DNA of 60,058 bases from an uncultured Lentisphaerota bacterium (GTDB lineage Bacteria > Verrucomicrobiota > Lentisphaeria > Oligosphaerales > CAITYL01), in the NCBI GenBank assembly GCA_903894975.1, contig CAITSE010000074.1, positions 1 to 60,058 on the forward strand. The letters run 5' to 3'. The position numbers were made by a program, and so were the translations under genes. Below are positions 9,363 through 17,466 of the stretch, one piece after another. Every line of letters begins with the position of its first letter. The first letter of the stretch is position 1. The notes under the pieces are model-generated. The model saw only the letters and a program-made list of their open reading frames with translations, did not search any database and was not told where the DNA came from.

Positions 9363-10304
9363 TTAATAAGGCCCCAAAAACCTTGAGCCGTTAAAATGGA
9401 TCATGTGCGTGGGGGATTCCGCCATCCAAACTTCCGTTTCCCAGGCAATTTCGGCAAGATACCGCCCCATAATAGAACGGTTCGGAAATGCTGTGACATA
9501 AACCAGTCCCGCCGTGGATGGCGAAAATAGCCGGGCAAGTTCATTATGCCGCTTACCATCCATCGGCCCGTGACTTGTCACCGATTCGATAAGCACCAGC
9601 CAATTCTTGGAGGGATGATGGACAACGACATCTGGCATTTTCCCATGCTCGTCCAACGCCACTCCTAAACGGGCAAGGGCGCTCCGGTCGAAGTAACCCC
9701 ATTTGTCGCCGGTATCACCGGCATAAACCAATATTCCGTTTGGGATGAAACGTGGGACAAATTGTTCGATGATCGCCTTAATAAGCTCATTGTGCTTCCC
9801 CGGCGAGAGCTGGATCTTCTGTCCCGTGGGAAGCAGGACTGGCATAACAGTCATCTTGCGTTCCATCGCGTAACGCTCTGCCAGTGGCTTATTATTTTTC
9901 AGGTATTCGGCAAGAGCGGTTCCCCATTCCAGCGTTCTATATATTTTTAGAAGCGCTAATGCCGCCGGGGCGATCTGGTAAACGGCATTCGGGCTGTTGG
10001 TTGGACGCGTCGGATCATCGGGATTGTAGAGCGCAATCCCCGCCTGAACCAACTGGTGCATGGAAAACCTTCGGAACGTTTCCCGGCTGTTAGGCGCGTA
10101 TTTTCGTGAGTATTGCGCTTTGGCAAATTCCATCATGGGCGTAATGCCAATGAGGGGCGAGGCGGCTTCAGACCAACTTTTCGCGTTGGTCACATCAACA
10201 AGTGCCAGCAGGCAAAGCGCACTACGGTCGTTGTGTTGCGCTTTTGGCATGCCCAATGCCTTCAAAATTGCCAAGGCTTCCGTGATGTGATTCTTCCGCT
10301 TCAT
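9363..10304 (-). CDS. BsuBI/PstI-family type II restriction endonuclease
   Basis: 313 aa. Overall resemblance to the BsuBI/PstI REase family, including the C-terminal block (..LVLIESVTSHGPMDGKRHNEL.., ..ETEVWMAESPTHMIHFNGSRFLGPY). Its ATG overlaps the stop of the adjacent methylase (ATGA at 10301-10304). Visibly lower GC than the flanks. Confidence 0.8.
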   Translation of the reverse strand: MKRKNHITEALAILKALGMPKAQHNDRSALCLLALVDVTNAKSWSEAASPLIGITPMMEFAKAQYSRKYAPNSRETFRRFSMHQLVQAGIALYNPDDPTRPTNSPNAVYQIAPAALALLKIYRTLEWGTALAEYLKNNKPLAERYAMERKMTVMPVLLPTGQKIQLSPGKHNELIKAIIEQFVPRFIPNGILVYAGDTGDKWGYFDRSALARLGVALDEHGKMPDVVVHHPSKNWLVLIESVTSHGPMDGKRHNELARLFSPSTAGLVYVTAFPNRSIMGRYLAEIAWETEVWMAESPTHMIHFNGSRFLGPY

Positions 10305-11800
10305 GCTATCGCCCGTATCCGTTCATCTATTTGTTCCTGAGTGACATCTTCCGCCTGCTTTAGCCAGCGACCGAGACGCATTAACGCCTGGCGGCTCGGG
10401 TATTTCAGGGAGCGCAGGTCGGTCGCATTAACTTGCGTATGGCCGCTGAACGCGCGGATGTTTTGGTCCAGCATGGCCGAGTTCAGATACGCGCAGAGCC
10501 CGTGGGCCAGCTCTTGCGGAAGGCCTTGTTTGCCGCTGTGGAAAACATTCAGATGATTTTCAAAACCAATCCACGCGCCGCCGGGAAGATCGTCCGGTTT
10601 CACCACGGTGGCCATCACGCGCCGCTTCTCCTCTTTGGACGAAAACCGGCGCACAATGGTATAACAGCCACTTGGGTACAACCACCGGCGCGTCTCGTCG
10701 TGCAACGCGATGGCGTTGGGTTTTTTGGATTTTTCCAGCGGCCACAAGAGGCGATTGCCGGTAAAATGGCAGGGGTAAAGCAAGGGTACGCTATCTGCTG
10801 TCGGCAACGCCCGGAGATAAGACTTCATCCGGAAATCCACCACCGGCCCGGTGGAAACTTCCACACCAAGGTCGGCCAGCGTGTGGCAGAATTGGCGGCC
10901 TAATCCAGCCGATGCGGTTTTTTCAATCGCTGGAATATGAATGAATCCCTCATGATCTCCGGGTTTGACGATCTCCGAAAAATCGCAGATGCGTTCCATA
11001 TAATCGCCAAAGGTATCGTCAGCGCAATGGGAAACGATGACCTGCCCCTGGGGCGTGCCCCGAACCAGTTTGAGGATGACATTCTCCTGCAATACCTCAT
11101 CATCCTTGAACGCCGTGTTGCGGGAGCCGAATAAATGGATGTGCTCGATAGAGGCAATGCCTCGTATGAATTCCCGGAACGGCTTGTAGTACGGGCCATT
11201 GCAGAAACTGCGCGGAATGATCGCCACCAACTCGCCGCCATCCATCAGCAGTTGCACGGAAAGCGCCACAAAGGCCGAGTAGAGATTGACGGTTTCAATC
11301 CCATTCGTTCGCAACCACTTCCGATGCATGGAATCGTTGCTGATTTTTTTGTAGGGGGGATTCAGGATGGCATGCGTGAAATCTGCCCGCGTTCCAAACT
11401 CAAGCGGATTGGCGGCGGCCTGGATGAAGTCATACGGCAGGATGGTTGTCCCCAATGTTCGCGCTTGCGTGACTACCTCGTCCCGGCAGGCCGCCATATG
11501 GCATTCCAAATGTTTGCGGAGTTCGCTATCAATCTCGTAGGCTGTGACGTCCAGTGCGGAGTCCGCACCGGCGCGCGGCTGCCAACTGTGAATGAATGCC
11601 GCCGACAGTGCCCCCAGTCCGGCTCCGGGATCAAGCAGGCGGATACGGCTGCCGGGCTGGATGGAAAACAGCGAGGCCATGTATCGGGCGACGCTGGCTG
11701 GCGTCATGAATTGTCCGAGCGCCGACCGCCGCTCCGCTTGGAGATTTGCGGAAATCCCCCTCCTGGCGGAGTCGATACTTTGGACTGCTGATCCAATCAT
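10301..11800 (-). CDS. N6-adenine DNA methyltransferase (M.PstI/M.BsuBI-like, gamma class)
   Basis: LLDPGAGLGALS (motif I) and ILNPPYKKI (motif IV). The ATG at 11800 is preceded by GGGAGAAG. An alternative upstream ATG at 11851 would overlap the methylase stump. Confidence 0.8.
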   Translation of the reverse strand: MIGSAVQSIDSARRGISANLQAERRSALGQFMTPASVARYMASLFSIQPGSRIRLLDPGAGLGALSAAFIHSWQPRAGADSALDVTAYEIDSELRKHLECHMAACRDEVVTQARTLGTTILPYDFIQAAANPLEFGTRADFTHAILNPPYKKISNDSMHRKWLRTNGIETVNLYSAFVALSVQLLMDGGELVAIIPRSFCNGPYYKPFREFIRGIASIEHIHLFGSRNTAFKDDEVLQENVILKLVRGTPQGQVIVSHCADDTFGDYMERICDFSEIVKPGDHEGFIHIPAIEKTASAGLGRQFCHTLADLGVEVSTGPVVDFRMKSYLRALPTADSVPLLYPCHFTGNRLLWPLEKSKKPNAIALHDETRRWLYPSGCYTIVRRFSSKEEKRRVMATVVKPDDLPGGAWIGFENHLNVFHSGKQGLPQELAHGLCAYLNSAMLDQNIRAFSGHTQVNATDLRSLKYPSRQALMRLGRWLKQAEDVTQEQIDERIRAIA

Positions 11801-11826
11801 GTCACTTCTCCCACTCGTCAAATACA

Positions 11827-11991
11827 CTAATAAAGATTTGGTAAAATGCAAGCGCGGAAAATGTTTTTCTTGAAAAACGGGTCAAGGAATTCGCGGCGGA
11901 GCTGGGTTTCGTTGTAGCCGTCGCCCTGGTAGGCCTCGCGCTGTTCCCGGAACCGTGCCACCAGTGCCAAAATGAGTGCCGGAGCCACCAT
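11827..11991 (-). pseudogene. N-terminal stump (about 40 codons) of a large Eco57I/PglX-type DNA methyltransferase
   Basis: MVAPALILALVARFREQREAYQGDGYNETQLRREFLDPFFK matches the conserved N-terminus (..Y.S..YNET..R.EF..PFF..) of type IIG/BREX-like methylases. Similarity ends abruptly about 30 nt before the R-M cassette and the frame stops at 11827. Confidence 0.55.
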
Positions 11992-12061
11992 GTTGCGTGT
12001 GCCCTTGGAGTTGCTTGGAGCAATATACATAGGCGGGGTAAGAAACCACTGCGCCAAGGCT

Positions 12062-12230
12062 CTACCCGGGATTATTCACACCCGGTTCGCATTCATTGAA
12101 CAGAAGACCGCAAAGATTAGGCAAGTGTCTGGATTGGAAAATCCTTCGTGCTCTTTGCGAGCTTCGGTTAAAAATGGGTTTGACAAAATCGGGGATCCAG
12201 ATGAATCTGTCCATGAATAGCTCAGACGAA
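12062..12230. repeat. Decayed miniature element: foldback 12096-12171 flanked by degenerate copies of the six-frame-stop motif
   Basis: TTGAACAGAAGACCGCAAAG (12096-12115) pairs with CTTTGCGAGCTTCGGTTAA (12153-12171). Flanks GGGATTATTCACAC (about 12068-12081) and CCATGAATAGCTCAG (12211-12225) resemble the motif ends seen at 48293-48435. Confidence 0.5.
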
Positions 12231-12274
12231 AGAGCCGGTAGAACAAGGCTTCCAACCGTGATAGGTTATTCCAC

Positions 12275-12631
12275 ATGAACTGGTTTCCCACCAAAATCGA
12301 AGGACTGAGCCCGGTGCGCATCGGCATCGCCATGGTGGTGGCGGCGCTTTCCGACGGACTTTCGCTCTGGCTGGAATTTCTGGTCCCGGCGCAATGGGCG
12401 GCGGATCTGGTGACGGCGCTGGTGCTGTTTGCCGTGCTCGGCCGGCGCTGGCTGCTGCTGCCCGCGTTGATCATCGAGGCCATTCCCGGCGCCATGCTCT
12501 TTCCCTCCTGGGTACTGGCCGTGGCCGCCATCGGCGCCGGGGCGCTGGGACTGCAACGGCCGCCGGCCTCCCCGCCGCCGGGGACTCTGCCGCCGGTCCT
12601 CCCCCCGGGCGGCAGTCCGCCGCCACCGTAG
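12275..12631 (+). CDS. small integral membrane protein with proline-rich C-terminal tail
   Basis: 118 aa with 3 predicted TM segments and a tail PPASPPPGTLPPVLPPGGSPPPP. High GC3 in this frame. The larger antisense ORF 12076..12669 looks like a shadow. Confidence 0.45.
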   Translation: MNWFPTKIEGLSPVRIGIAMVVAALSDGLSLWLEFLVPAQWAADLVTALVLFAVLGRRWLLLPALIIEAIPGAMLFPSWVLAVAAIGAGALGLQRPPASPPPGTLPPVLPPGGSPPPP

Positions 12632-12650
12632 CAGAGCTGTTTTGGATTGG

Positions 12651-12893
12651 AGCCCCGGAGGGGCGACATTGGGGGTGGGGGCTGGCGCGATTGCCAGTTA
12701 TGCCGCCCCCTCCGGGGGCTGAAAATCTTTATCTACTCCATGACCGGGGGCTCACGCCCCCGGCTACTTACTACCGCCCCGGCGGGCATGCGCGTAAAGT
12801 CAAGTACCACCGGCTAAGCCGGTGGCTTGTTGGACGCTTCGCTTGGGCCGCTCAAAGCGGCTATTCGTTGAGGTTTTGCCGTCTAAAGACGGC
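12651..12893. repeat. Array of five short GC-rich hairpins downstream of the tnpA remnant
   Basis: Hairpins: 12651-12720 (AGCCCCGGAGGGGCG/CGCCCCCTCCGGGGGCT), 12744-12763 (CCGGGGGC-tcac-GCCCCCGG), 12807-12825 (CCACCGG-CTAAG-CCGGTGG), 12847-12861 (GCCGC-TCAAA-GCGGC) and 12878-12893 (GCCGTC-TAAA-GACGGC). A module-A fragment CCCCGGCGGGCATGCGCGTAAA lies at 12777-12798. Confidence 0.55.
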
Positions 12894-12897
12894 GGTG

Positions 12898-13158
12898 TTA
12901 GTTACAGCCAGGCAACGCGAGTTGCTGATCCAATTGAGACTCCGAGTGCTTCGGGGGGATGCTCAGCAGCATATGCACATGGTCGATGCATAGGTTGCCT
13001 TCTTCGATCTTGCACTCCTTGTGGGATGCCAACTCGTGGAAAACCGAGCCGAGGGACTTGCGCACCTGCCCGTACAGCGTCTTCCGGCGATACTTGGGGA
13101 TGAACACGACGTGGCACTTGCATTCCCACCGGGTGTGCGCTAGACTTTTTTCTCTCAT
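12898..13158 (-). mobile_element. tnpA: IS200/IS605-family TnpA (Y1/HUH transposase), 3'-truncated remnant
   Basis: MREKSLAHTRWECKCHVVFIPKYRRKTLYGQVRKSLGSVFHELASHKECKIEEGNLCIDHVHMLLSIPPKHS matches the IS200 TnpA N-terminal half, including the HxH motif (HVHML). Similarity is lost after ..SIPPKHSESQ, so about half the protein, including the catalytic Tyr region, is missing. A CCCCGG-CTAA-GCCGGGG hairpin lies at 13248-13264 on the 5' side. Confidence 0.8.
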
Positions 13159-13277
13159 GGGTACTTCCTTCCGTTCTGAGCTTTGCTACGGCCCAAGCGA
13201 AGGAGTACCCTATTCTATTCCCGCAAATGTCGAACTTTGAGAGTCTCCCCGGCTAAGCCGGGGGGCTACCTGTTTTA

Positions 13278-13675
13278 CTTAAGGATTTGTGTTCCCCTAT
13301 ACCGATGCGGAGCATCCTTGGAGTGCCTGCGGCTTGACGCAGCTTTCCCCGGCGGCGGAGCCGCCTCTCCCACGCATGATCCAAACTCCCGCACCCAGAC
13401 AGAAGCGGAGAAATCAGACAAAGGCCGGTTCCACCGGCGGGAAAAAGCGGCGTCGAGCCGCCGGCACTCCAAAGCGGCGAGGACGCCGCAGTAAATACCC
13501 ATAACAATTTAAAGTATAATGCATAATGGTTCTTACGTTTACGCGCATGCCCGCCGGGGCTTCCGAGGAGAATGCGAGTTCGGCTTTATGTTCGCGAAAT
13601 TTCGCGTATTTAGCGGGCAAACCGGATTGGGGATCAAAAAGGATCTCCGTCTTGTTCATGAATAGATCAGGTTAG
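13278..13675. repeat. Composite structured repeat, copy 2: module B foldback (13278-13489, stem 13316-13365 / 13423-13473), AT-rich spacer, inverted module A (13531-13675) ending in the six-frame-stop motif
   Basis: Alignment by eye to 2755-3100. Module B has the same orientation and module A is the reverse complement. The motif GTTCATGAATAGATCAGGTTAG is at 13654-13675. Confidence 0.8.
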
Positions 13676-13808
13676 CGCCCTTCTGTTCAACGAATTCGAG
13701 GAGGTCGATTTTTCGCGAGCGGCATTTCCTTTGCCGCGGTCGGAATCATATTGTGGAATGAACGGCGGCCGCCCTCCTCCCGCCCGCCCTTCCACAAGGG
13801 AGTTTTTC

Positions 13809-14549
13809 ATGGCGAAAATCAAGACGTACAACCGCATCCTGCTTAAACTCAGCGGCGAAACCCTGGCCGGCAAGGACGGCTCCATCGACCCCAAGTCCGT
13901 GGCCACGGCCGCCGCCCAGATCGGGGCGGTGGTGAAAAGCGGCGTCCAGGTCGCCCTGGTCATCGGCGGCGGCAATATCTTCCGTGGCCTGCCGGCCAGC
14001 CGCAAGGGCGGCATCCAGCGCGCCACGGCCGACGCCATCGGCATGCTCGCCACGATCATGAACGCCCTGGCCATGCGCGACGGTCTGGAAGCCGCCGGTG
14101 TGCCTGCCGAAGTACTGGCCGCCATCCCCCTGGCCGGCGTCGCCGAAGGCTTTGACCGGCGCACCGCCATCCGTCACCTGGAAGCGGGCCGCGTCGTGCT
14201 CCTGGCCGGCGGCACCGGGCATCCGTACTTCACCACCGACACCACCGCGGCCTTGCGCGCCTGTGAAATCGGCGCCGACGCCGTACTCAAAGCGACCAAG
14301 GTCGACGGCGTCTACACTGCCGATCCGAAAAAAGACAAGAGCGCCCGCCGTTACCGCCAGCTCTCCTATGACGACGCCCTGGGTGGACGCCTGGAAGTCA
14401 TGGACGCCGCCGCGTTCTCCCTCTGCCGCGACAACAGCGTCCGCATCATCGTCTTCGATTTCTTCCAGAAGGACGCCTTGAAAAAGGCCGCCTGCGGCGA
14501 CCTCGCCATCGGCACCGTGATCGGCGATCTGCCCACCCAATTGGCCTGA
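13809..14549 (+). CDS. pyrH: UMP kinase
   Basis: MAKIKTYNRILLKLSGETLAG.., VIGGGNIFRG, TTDTTAALRA, KATKVDGVYTADP. These are canonical PyrH blocks. Confidence 0.9.
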   Translation: MAKIKTYNRILLKLSGETLAGKDGSIDPKSVATAAAQIGAVVKSGVQVALVIGGGNIFRGLPASRKGGIQRATADAIGMLATIMNALAMRDGLEAAGVPAEVLAAIPLAGVAEGFDRRTAIRHLEAGRVVLLAGGTGHPYFTTDTTAALRACEIGADAVLKATKVDGVYTADPKKDKSARRYRQLSYDDALGGRLEVMDAAAFSLCRDNSVRIIVFDFFQKDALKKAACGDLAIGTVIGDLPTQLA

Positions 14550-14644
14550 TCGTTCCGTCTTCCGCGGTTCCGTTCGGAACCGGAATCACAGACTCTCCGA
14601 TCAAGAAATCAGCGTCCCCGGGAGGGCGGTTCCGCCGCCGGGAA

Positions 14645-14687
14645 ACAAAAAAGGACGCGACCGCCGGAGCGGTTGCGTCCTTTTTTT
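14645..14687. terminator. Bidirectional Rho-independent terminator between pyrH (+) and rplT (-)
   Basis: A6-GGACGCGACC-gccggagc-GGTTGCGTCC-T7. There is an A-tract on one side and a T-tract on the other. Confidence 0.7.
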
Positions 14688-14715
14688 CTGCGTTGACGAA
14701 AATCCGGCGGGCGGG

Positions 14716-15069
14716 TTACGCCAGCGCTTTTTTCGCCATGCCGAGGATCATGGTGAAAGCCTCGGGGTCCTGGACGGCGAGATCAGCCAAGTGCTTGCGG
14801 TCGATGAGGACATTGGCCTTCTTCAGGCCATTGACCATGCGGCTGTAATTGAAACCGTCGGAGCGGCAGGCCGCATTGAGGCGGACCGTCCAGAGGGCAC
14901 GGTAATGGCGCTTCTTGGTGCGGCGGTCGCGGTAGGCCATGGCGCCGGCGCGATCCACGGCTTTGAACGCCTGGCGTATCCACTTGCTGCGGTTCCCGCG
15001 GAAACCTTTGGCGCGCGCCAACACCCGCTTGCGGCGGGCGCGGGAAGCAACGGCATTCGTAACTCTCAT
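14716..15069 (-). CDS. rplT: 50S ribosomal protein L20
   Basis: MRVTNAVASRARRKRVLARAKGFRG...YRDRRTKKRHYRALW is the canonical L20 sequence. Confidence 0.95.
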   Translation of the reverse strand: MRVTNAVASRARRKRVLARAKGFRGNRSKWIRQAFKAVDRAGAMAYRDRRTKKRHYRALWTVRLNAACRSDGFNYSRMVNGLKKANVLIDRKHLADLAVQDPEAFTMILGMAKKALA

Positions 15070-15116
15070 GGGGGTATCACTCCATCTTCAGTCGTCAGGG
15101 GGTGGCGCGGCCGGGG

Positions 15117-15317
15117 TCAGACGCCGTAGGGCAGCGAATTCTTGACCGCCTTCAGGTTGGTCTTATCGACCGCCTTGTCCTTAGTGAGCTGCCGCTTACG
15201 ATTGCGGCTCTTGCCCGTGCTCAGGTGGCGGACGTTGGCCTGCTTGCGGACGAACTTGCCGGTGCCCGTCTGCTTCACCCGCTTGGCCACACATTTCCGG
15301 GTTTTCTGCTTCGGCAT
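15117..15317 (-). CDS. rpmI: 50S ribosomal protein L35
   Basis: MPKQKTRKCVAKRVKQTGTGKFVRKQANVRHL.. is the canonical L35 sequence. It lies between infC and rplT. Confidence 0.95.
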   Translation of the reverse strand: MPKQKTRKCVAKRVKQTGTGKFVRKQANVRHLSTGKSRNRKRQLTKDKAVDKTNLKAVKNSLPYGV

Positions 15318-15396
15318 GGTGCAAAATCCTTACGTGGTTTCCGTGATTTCCGTCCTGCGCGCTCGCTTCAGGCATCCGTCCCGCAGCCGCCAGTTC

Positions 15397-16020
15397 TCAC
15401 ACACCCGTCTTACGGGCGCTGAGCACGGTCGTAATGCTGGGACCCATGCGGCGCAGCGGCGCATCCGGCGTGCCAACTTCCGCGACTTCGGCGATCAGCC
15501 GCTCCATCACCTTCATGCCGAGGTCGGAATGCGCCATCTCCCGGCCACGGAAAAACATGGAGATTTTTACTTTACAACCCTCTTTAAGAAAATCAAGCGC
15601 ATGGTTGCGCTTCACTTCATAATCATTCGTATTGATGTTGGGGTGGAACTTCAGTTCCTTCAACTTGATCTGGACCTGCTTCTTGCGGGCCACTTTCTGT
15701 TTTTTGGCTTCGGCGTACTGAAACTTGCCAAAGTCCATGATCCGGCAGACGGGAGGAACGGCGGTGGGAGCTACCTCCACCAGGTCAAGCCCGGCTACCT
15801 GGGCGCGCTGGGCCGCCTCCGTAAAGGTGACGACGCCGGCCGGCTGGTTGTCTTCGTCGATAAGACGCACCTGCTTGCCGCTCAAGTGCCTGTCATTGGG
15901 GTGGACAACGCGTGCGATGGCTGTATCCTCCTGCTGATGCCGGGTCCCGTTCCTGCCCGTTCTCCCGGCCTGACGGAGAATCCGCCGCGGCTGGAACGGG
16001 GCTTCCGGAACACCCGGCAT
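15397..16020 (-). CDS. infC: translation initiation factor IF-3
   Basis: ..VRLIDEDNQPAGVVTFTEAAQRAQVAGLDLVEVAP..PPVCRIMDFGKFQYE..KELKF..NIxxNDYEVK.. in infC-rpmI-rplT order. The true start may be an internal non-ATG codon, as is usual for infC. The ATG at 16020 is the longest option. Confidence 0.85.
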   Translation of the reverse strand: MPGVPEAPFQPRRILRQAGRTGRNGTRHQQEDTAIARVVHPNDRHLSGKQVRLIDEDNQPAGVVTFTEAAQRAQVAGLDLVEVAPTAVPPVCRIMDFGKFQYAEAKKQKVARKKQVQIKLKELKFHPNINTNDYEVKRNHALDFLKEGCKVKISMFFRGREMAHSDLGMKVMERLIAEVAEVGTPDAPLRRMGPSITTVLSARKTGV

Positions 16021-16098
16021 GCCTTTTGAATTACTCCGGGCAACTTTAAACCCGGTGGAGGGAAAATGTAGCCCCTCCGGTTGTCAAGACAAATCCCC

Positions 16099-16167
16099 CT
16101 AGCCCGGCCAAGCCGGAAACCAAGGTTATTGTGCTATACGAACATCGTGTCCGGCTTGCCCGGGCTA
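16099..16167. repeat. Hairpin built on the 20-nt motif CTAGCCCGGCCAAGCCGGAA (copy 2)
   Basis: TAGCCCGGCCAAGCCGGA (16100-16117) pairs with TCCGGCTTGCCCGGGCTA (16150-16167) with 1 mismatch and a 32-nt loop. It lies about 80 nt upstream of infC on the coding strand. Confidence 0.5.
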
Positions 16168-16272
16168 TTGTTTATACTGATTCACGGATAAATCTTTACC
16201 GGAAAACAACCGGGATGGACAATGCGATGGGCGGCATTACACTTTCCGGCAAATCGTAAGGAGCCCGCCTTC

Positions 16273-17271
16273 ATGAACAGGCTATTTATCTTTGCCGCCG
16301 CGGCGGCGATACTTTTCTTTAACGGCCTAACCGCGCCGATCTCGGCCCAGGCCCCGCCCACCGGCGCCGTCGTCACCAGTTACAAGGACGCCATAGTTGC
16401 CGCGGTCGGAGATGAAACCATCACCATCTACGACCTGGACAAAGAGGTCGCACCCCAGCTTCAGGCACTGGCCCGGCTGCCCCGCGGCAAGAACACCGAC
16501 GTCAAGGTCGAAGAACTCCGCAAAGACGTGGCCAACCACCTCATTGAAACCGAACTGCTCTGGCAGGAATTCAAAACCCGCGGCTTCAAGCTTCCCCTGG
16601 ACCTCCTGCAAAAACGGATCGACGGCATTGTCTTCACCCAGGCCGGTGGCAGCCGCGAGCGCTTTGAAAAACAGCTCTTCGACCAAGGCCTCTCCTGGTC
16701 CGAATTCGAAGAGAAACTCCGCAAAAATATGGCCGCCGACCTGCTCGTGGACGAATTTATCCGCCGCCCCGTGCATGTCAGCCCCGAATCCGTGCGCGCC
16801 TGGTATGACACACATGCGCCGGAATTCACCATCCCCGCCCGCATCCAGCTCTCCCTGATCCTGCTCAAGCTCGATGGCAAGTATGCCGGCAAACTGGACG
16901 AAACCGTCGCCAAAATTCAGGCCCAGCTCGCGGAAAAAGCCGACTTTGGCTGGCTTGCCAAGCAATATTCCGAAGTGCCGGAAACCGCCAACGGCGGCGA
17001 TCTCGGCTGGATGGACGAAGCCTCCGTCCAGAAAGAATTTGCCGAAGCCGTGCGCGGCCTCAAACGCGGCGAAACCGCCAAGCCCTTCCAGGCGCCGGCC
17101 GGGCGGGTCCTGCTCAAGGTTACCGACCGTGAAGACACGCGTCTGGAACCCTTCAATACCGCCACCGCCCAGCGCATCGAAGCCCTGCTTCGGAGCGACG
17201 CCGAAAAGGTGCGCTACGACGCCTTCATCGGGCAGCTCAAGCAGCGCTACCCCGTCACGATCTTCTTCTGA
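16273..17271 (+). CDS. periplasmic peptidyl-prolyl isomerase, SurA/PpiD-like (parvulin domain)
   Basis: Signal peptide MNRLFIFAAAAAILFFNGLTAPISAQA, a SurA-like N-terminal domain, and a parvulin block ..ANGGDLGWMDEASVQKEFAEAV.. Confidence 0.8.
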   Translation: MNRLFIFAAAAAILFFNGLTAPISAQAPPTGAVVTSYKDAIVAAVGDETITIYDLDKEVAPQLQALARLPRGKNTDVKVEELRKDVANHLIETELLWQEFKTRGFKLPLDLLQKRIDGIVFTQAGGSRERFEKQLFDQGLSWSEFEEKLRKNMAADLLVDEFIRRPVHVSPESVRAWYDTHAPEFTIPARIQLSLILLKLDGKYAGKLDETVAKIQAQLAEKADFGWLAKQYSEVPETANGGDLGWMDEASVQKEFAEAVRGLKRGETAKPFQAPAGRVLLKVTDREDTRLEPFNTATAQRIEALLRSDAEKVRYDAFIGQLKQRYPVTIFF

Positions 17272-17466
17272 GAGCCGGCCCGTGGCCGACATCCACGCAC
17301 ACGGCTCCGTACTCCTGCAGGTCGCGCGCCACGACCAGGCCGCCATGGGAAAGCCCCAACCGCGACACCTCCACGGACGGATCGAGTGTAGCACGGCGGC
17401 CTCGGGGAGTCCGTCGCGCCAGCCACCGTCGGTTCAGGCCGCGGGCGGCGGCAAAGAAGCGTCGCA

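Noticed and set aside
12076-12669. 197-aa minus-strand ORF overlapping the small membrane-protein gene.
   Set aside because: It is a Gly/Pro/Ser/Ala-rich shadow of the + strand ORF, and its 3' part runs through the foldback repeat at 12096-12171.
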